A stretch of 64,000 bases of DNA from Selaginella moellendorffii (lineage: Eukaryota > Plantae > Lycopodiophyta), in the NCBI RefSeq assembly GCF_000143415.4, contig NW_003314262.1:3293256-3357255 (forward strand), given 5' to 3'. The stretch's first letter is position 1. Each line of letters begins with the position of its first letter. This document shows, in pieces, positions 61,201 to 64,000 of this stretch. Below the pieces are notes generated by a model that was not told the DNA's origin, did no database searches, and was given only the letters and a program-made list of their open reading frames with translations. The position numbers and the translations under genes are program-made.

Positions 61201-61542
61201 GTTATGAGGGAGTGATGAAAAGGTAAATGTTTTATCTTGTGTATTATCCTAAACAAAGCAAAAGAAAAAAGCTTAGGCAAAATGGAGTTACGTCTAAACT
61301 TAAGCATCCAAAGAAGAAAAACTCGACCTAGGTGACAAACAGTTAAGAATGACTATAAAATCATGTAATATATATATAGCACTTAGACGTGTTAGAAAAG
61401 AACCTTCACTCATTATTGTATGCATTTGCATTAAATTAATTATCTTTTCTCCTGTTTATGACTTTTTGTGCAAAGTAAAGTTGAGAGAGTGACATATGCT
61501 TATCTTTACTCACACCTTTGGGGTTTAAGGCTGAATTCCCTT

Positions 61543-61876
61543 NNNNNNNNNNNNNNNNNNNNNNNNNNNNNNNNNNNNNNNNNNNNNNNNNNNNNNNNNN
61601 NNNNNNNNNNNNNNNNNNNNNNNNNNNNNNNNNNNNNNNNNNNNNNNNNNNNNNNNNNNNNNNNNNNNNNNNNNNNNNNNNNNNNNNNNNNNNNNNNNNN
61701 NNNNNNNNNNNNNNNNNNNNNNNNNNNNNNNNNNNNNNNNNNNNNNNNNNNNNNNNNNNNNNNNNNNNNNNNNNNNNNNNNNNNNNNNNNNNNNNNNNNN
61801 NNNNNNNNNNNNNNNNNNNNNNNNNNNNNNNNNNNNNNNNNNNNNNNNNNNNNNNNNNNNNNNNNNNNNNNNNNNN
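61543..61876. other. Assembly gap (N run)
   Basis: 334 consecutive N. Confidence 0.99.
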
Positions 61877-61879
61877 CTA

Positions 61880-62826
61880 GTCAAATATTCAATTTAGTTG
61901 AGATGAATTACACCACCACAAAAAAAAAAAAAAGCTCTCGAAATGATTTATGCACTTCAAAAGTTTTGACATTACCTCATTAGCAACAAAATAAAGATTA
62001 TTATAAAGCATTTTTACACGCTTTTCAACAAAACCATCCTCACTAGCAAAATTACCTGATGGTTCTTACTCCTTCAAGAATATAATTTTGAGATCATCTA
62101 CAAGTCCAGCAAACAACACAAACAAGCTGACCACTTTAGCCATATTATGACAGACAGGCAATAAAAGTACAATATGGATAACTTCTTTGACTTCAACATC
62201 TTGCAAGTCTATACTTCACCAAATTGGATATATAATATCTACCACTACTTGACAACAACAAAGATATTAAGCAAGTACACTACTTCTGACCAATGCAAAC
62301 AATTCATCTTGAGGACAAAACCATATTCAATCATGGGAGAAGACTATATAAGAAAGGATGAGATAATATATAATGAAGACATGTACAACTTGAAGAAACT
62401 CAAGATTTATTTCAAGAAGCTCACTGCAAACAAGCAAAAGAACACTTTGCAAAAGAAATCACAGCTCGAAAGATTTTACAAGCTAAACTTTTGTGGTAAC
62501 ACTCTGGAATTATTTAGCAAAAGTTTGCCAAAAATGTGACATTTGTAAAAGAACTAAGTATGTGCCAAAAAAGTAGAATCAAGAACTTCATCCTATGACC
62601 ATTTTAACAATGGGGACTTGACTTTGTAGGACCATTTACAACAAGTTCCAAGCAAAACAAATACATTCTCATAGTTACTAACTACATTAAGATATGGGTT
62701 GAAACTTAACCAATAAAGGCTACAATAGTGAAAACATAGCAAAATTCACCTACAAAAATATCATCACAAGGCATGGTCTACCTTGAGAACTTGTTATAGA
62801 TTGAGGAGCACACTTCATCAACAAGA
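61880..62826 (+). pseudogene. Heavily decayed Gypsy RNase H/integrase fragment
   Basis: NYTTT; PF*QWGLDFVGPF; IITRHGLP*ELVID*GAHFIN. Confidence 0.75.
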
Positions 62827-64000
62827 CTTAATGGCCATATTGGCTCTAGCCTTCTTCGGGTATGGACATTCCCTTGAAAAGTGTCTCGCTTCACTGCAGT
62901 TGAAGTATATATTGTTTCCTATACTACTAATAGACTTGACCTTTTTATCCATAGGTTTGTCCCTTTTTGCTTGACTCCCCCATATACTTGCTCGTTGGCC
63001 ATTGGATCTGCCTTTCCGGAACCCCGAGGACTCATTCTTAAAGAAACTCTTCTTGAATTTCCCTTTGGCATATATCCCCCTTGGTTTGGCCCTTTTGCTA
63101 AACATGGACCCCGACCCCATCGTGTTCCCTTTTCACAGGTTATCATTGAAATGCACCTTGATAACTGCATCCAACGCTTCCTTGTAATTGGTCAAGTTCC
63201 AACACATCACCTCACCTCGAGCCCAGGTTTGCAAACCTGATATAAAAGCATGGAATGCATCCATATCACCAGTATCCATGATAAATATCATCTTTGCCAT
63301 AAATCCATTCATATACTCTTGAATGGTTTCAGTCTGCTTCAGCCTACTCAGCTTATCCCTTAGGTGCAAAGTAGCATTTGAAGGAATGTATGTCGTGTGG
63401 ATCCTCGTCTTCATCATTTCCCAAGTGGCCACCGATCCTTAGTTAGCCTCTGTTGTTTTCCACCAAGGTTTGGCATTATCTACCAAGTATGGTTTTACAC
63501 ATGGGACCTTCTCCGAGCTCGATAACCGCAACGCTCAGAAATAATCCTTCATATCGTAAAACCAATCTTCCACCACCTTATAGTCATTCACTCCCTTGAA
63601 GACCAGTGGGGGCTTTGGTTTGTACTTGGGAACTGCTTGAGGGACTGATTCCACTTCAGTTTGTTCAACTTTGTTTGGTTCTGCCTCAGTCCCCGCTGAA
63701 GGGTCCACGCCTTCTGCGTTGCCAGCATCTACAGTTTTTCACTTTTTCTTTCACTTTTTGTCACACTTTAGCTTGCGTATAAGAGTCTCCAACAGGGCAT
63801 TGGTCTGAGCCAATTTTCCTTCTAAAATGTTTAATCAAACCTTGGACGACCGAACCTCACCACTAGACTCCTATTTGGAAACACCACTGAAGAGTTCTTT
63901 CAAAACTGATTCCTAGACCTCACTATCCCTACTATACTTTTGGAACCCCCTACAACCCCCCCCCCCCCCCCGACCGGGAAAAACACGCTTTAAGCTTTCC
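62827..64000 (-). mobile_element. Gypsy gag relic related to element A, plus an LTR fragment at the window end
   Basis: KPKPPLVFKG..VVEDWFYDM..AKPWW..LSRLKQ..; YFNCSEARHFSRECP knuckle; 63915-64000 resembles LTR 27407-27480. Confidence 0.8.

Noticed and set aside
61468-61983. ORFs spanning poly-X
   Set aside because: Artefacts of the N gap.

Overview
Plant nuclear DNA. Introns of about 45-60 nt, very short intergenic spacers, SS-rich PLS-type PPR genes and a flagellar SHIPPO-repeat gene point to a lycophyte such as Selaginella (inference). 1-21.8 kb is gene-dense: PPR relic, SHIPPO/ODF3-like gene, three PLS-E PPR ORFs, a 7-exon tandem-LysM gene, MIPS, VPS32/SNF7, cytosolic MetRS and a Crinkler/RHS-type NTPase+nuclease gene. 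About 22.8-64 kb is a nested transposon block. A decayed non-autonomous LTR element (family B) hosts a chromovirus Gypsy element (26868-56071, TCATG TSD). That element carries a second B copy, itself hit by a PIF/Harbinger (29880-34408, 22-bp TIR, TTA TSD), and a 13.1-kb Sola-like DNA transposon (about 42309-55435). The Sola-like element is the standout. Divergent from its DDD transposase it carries a large cargo gene (ParB-like domain, degenerate beta-class DNA amino-methyltransferase, acidic linker, FCP1-like HAD phosphatase). It also holds about 25-30 copies of a 22-bp palindrome (ATGGCRTG-N6-CAYGCCAT), typically one per micro-intron, suggesting a parS/ParB-like or VANC-like self-recognition or anti-silencing system. 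All domain calls are by-eye motif recognition; no database searches were run.
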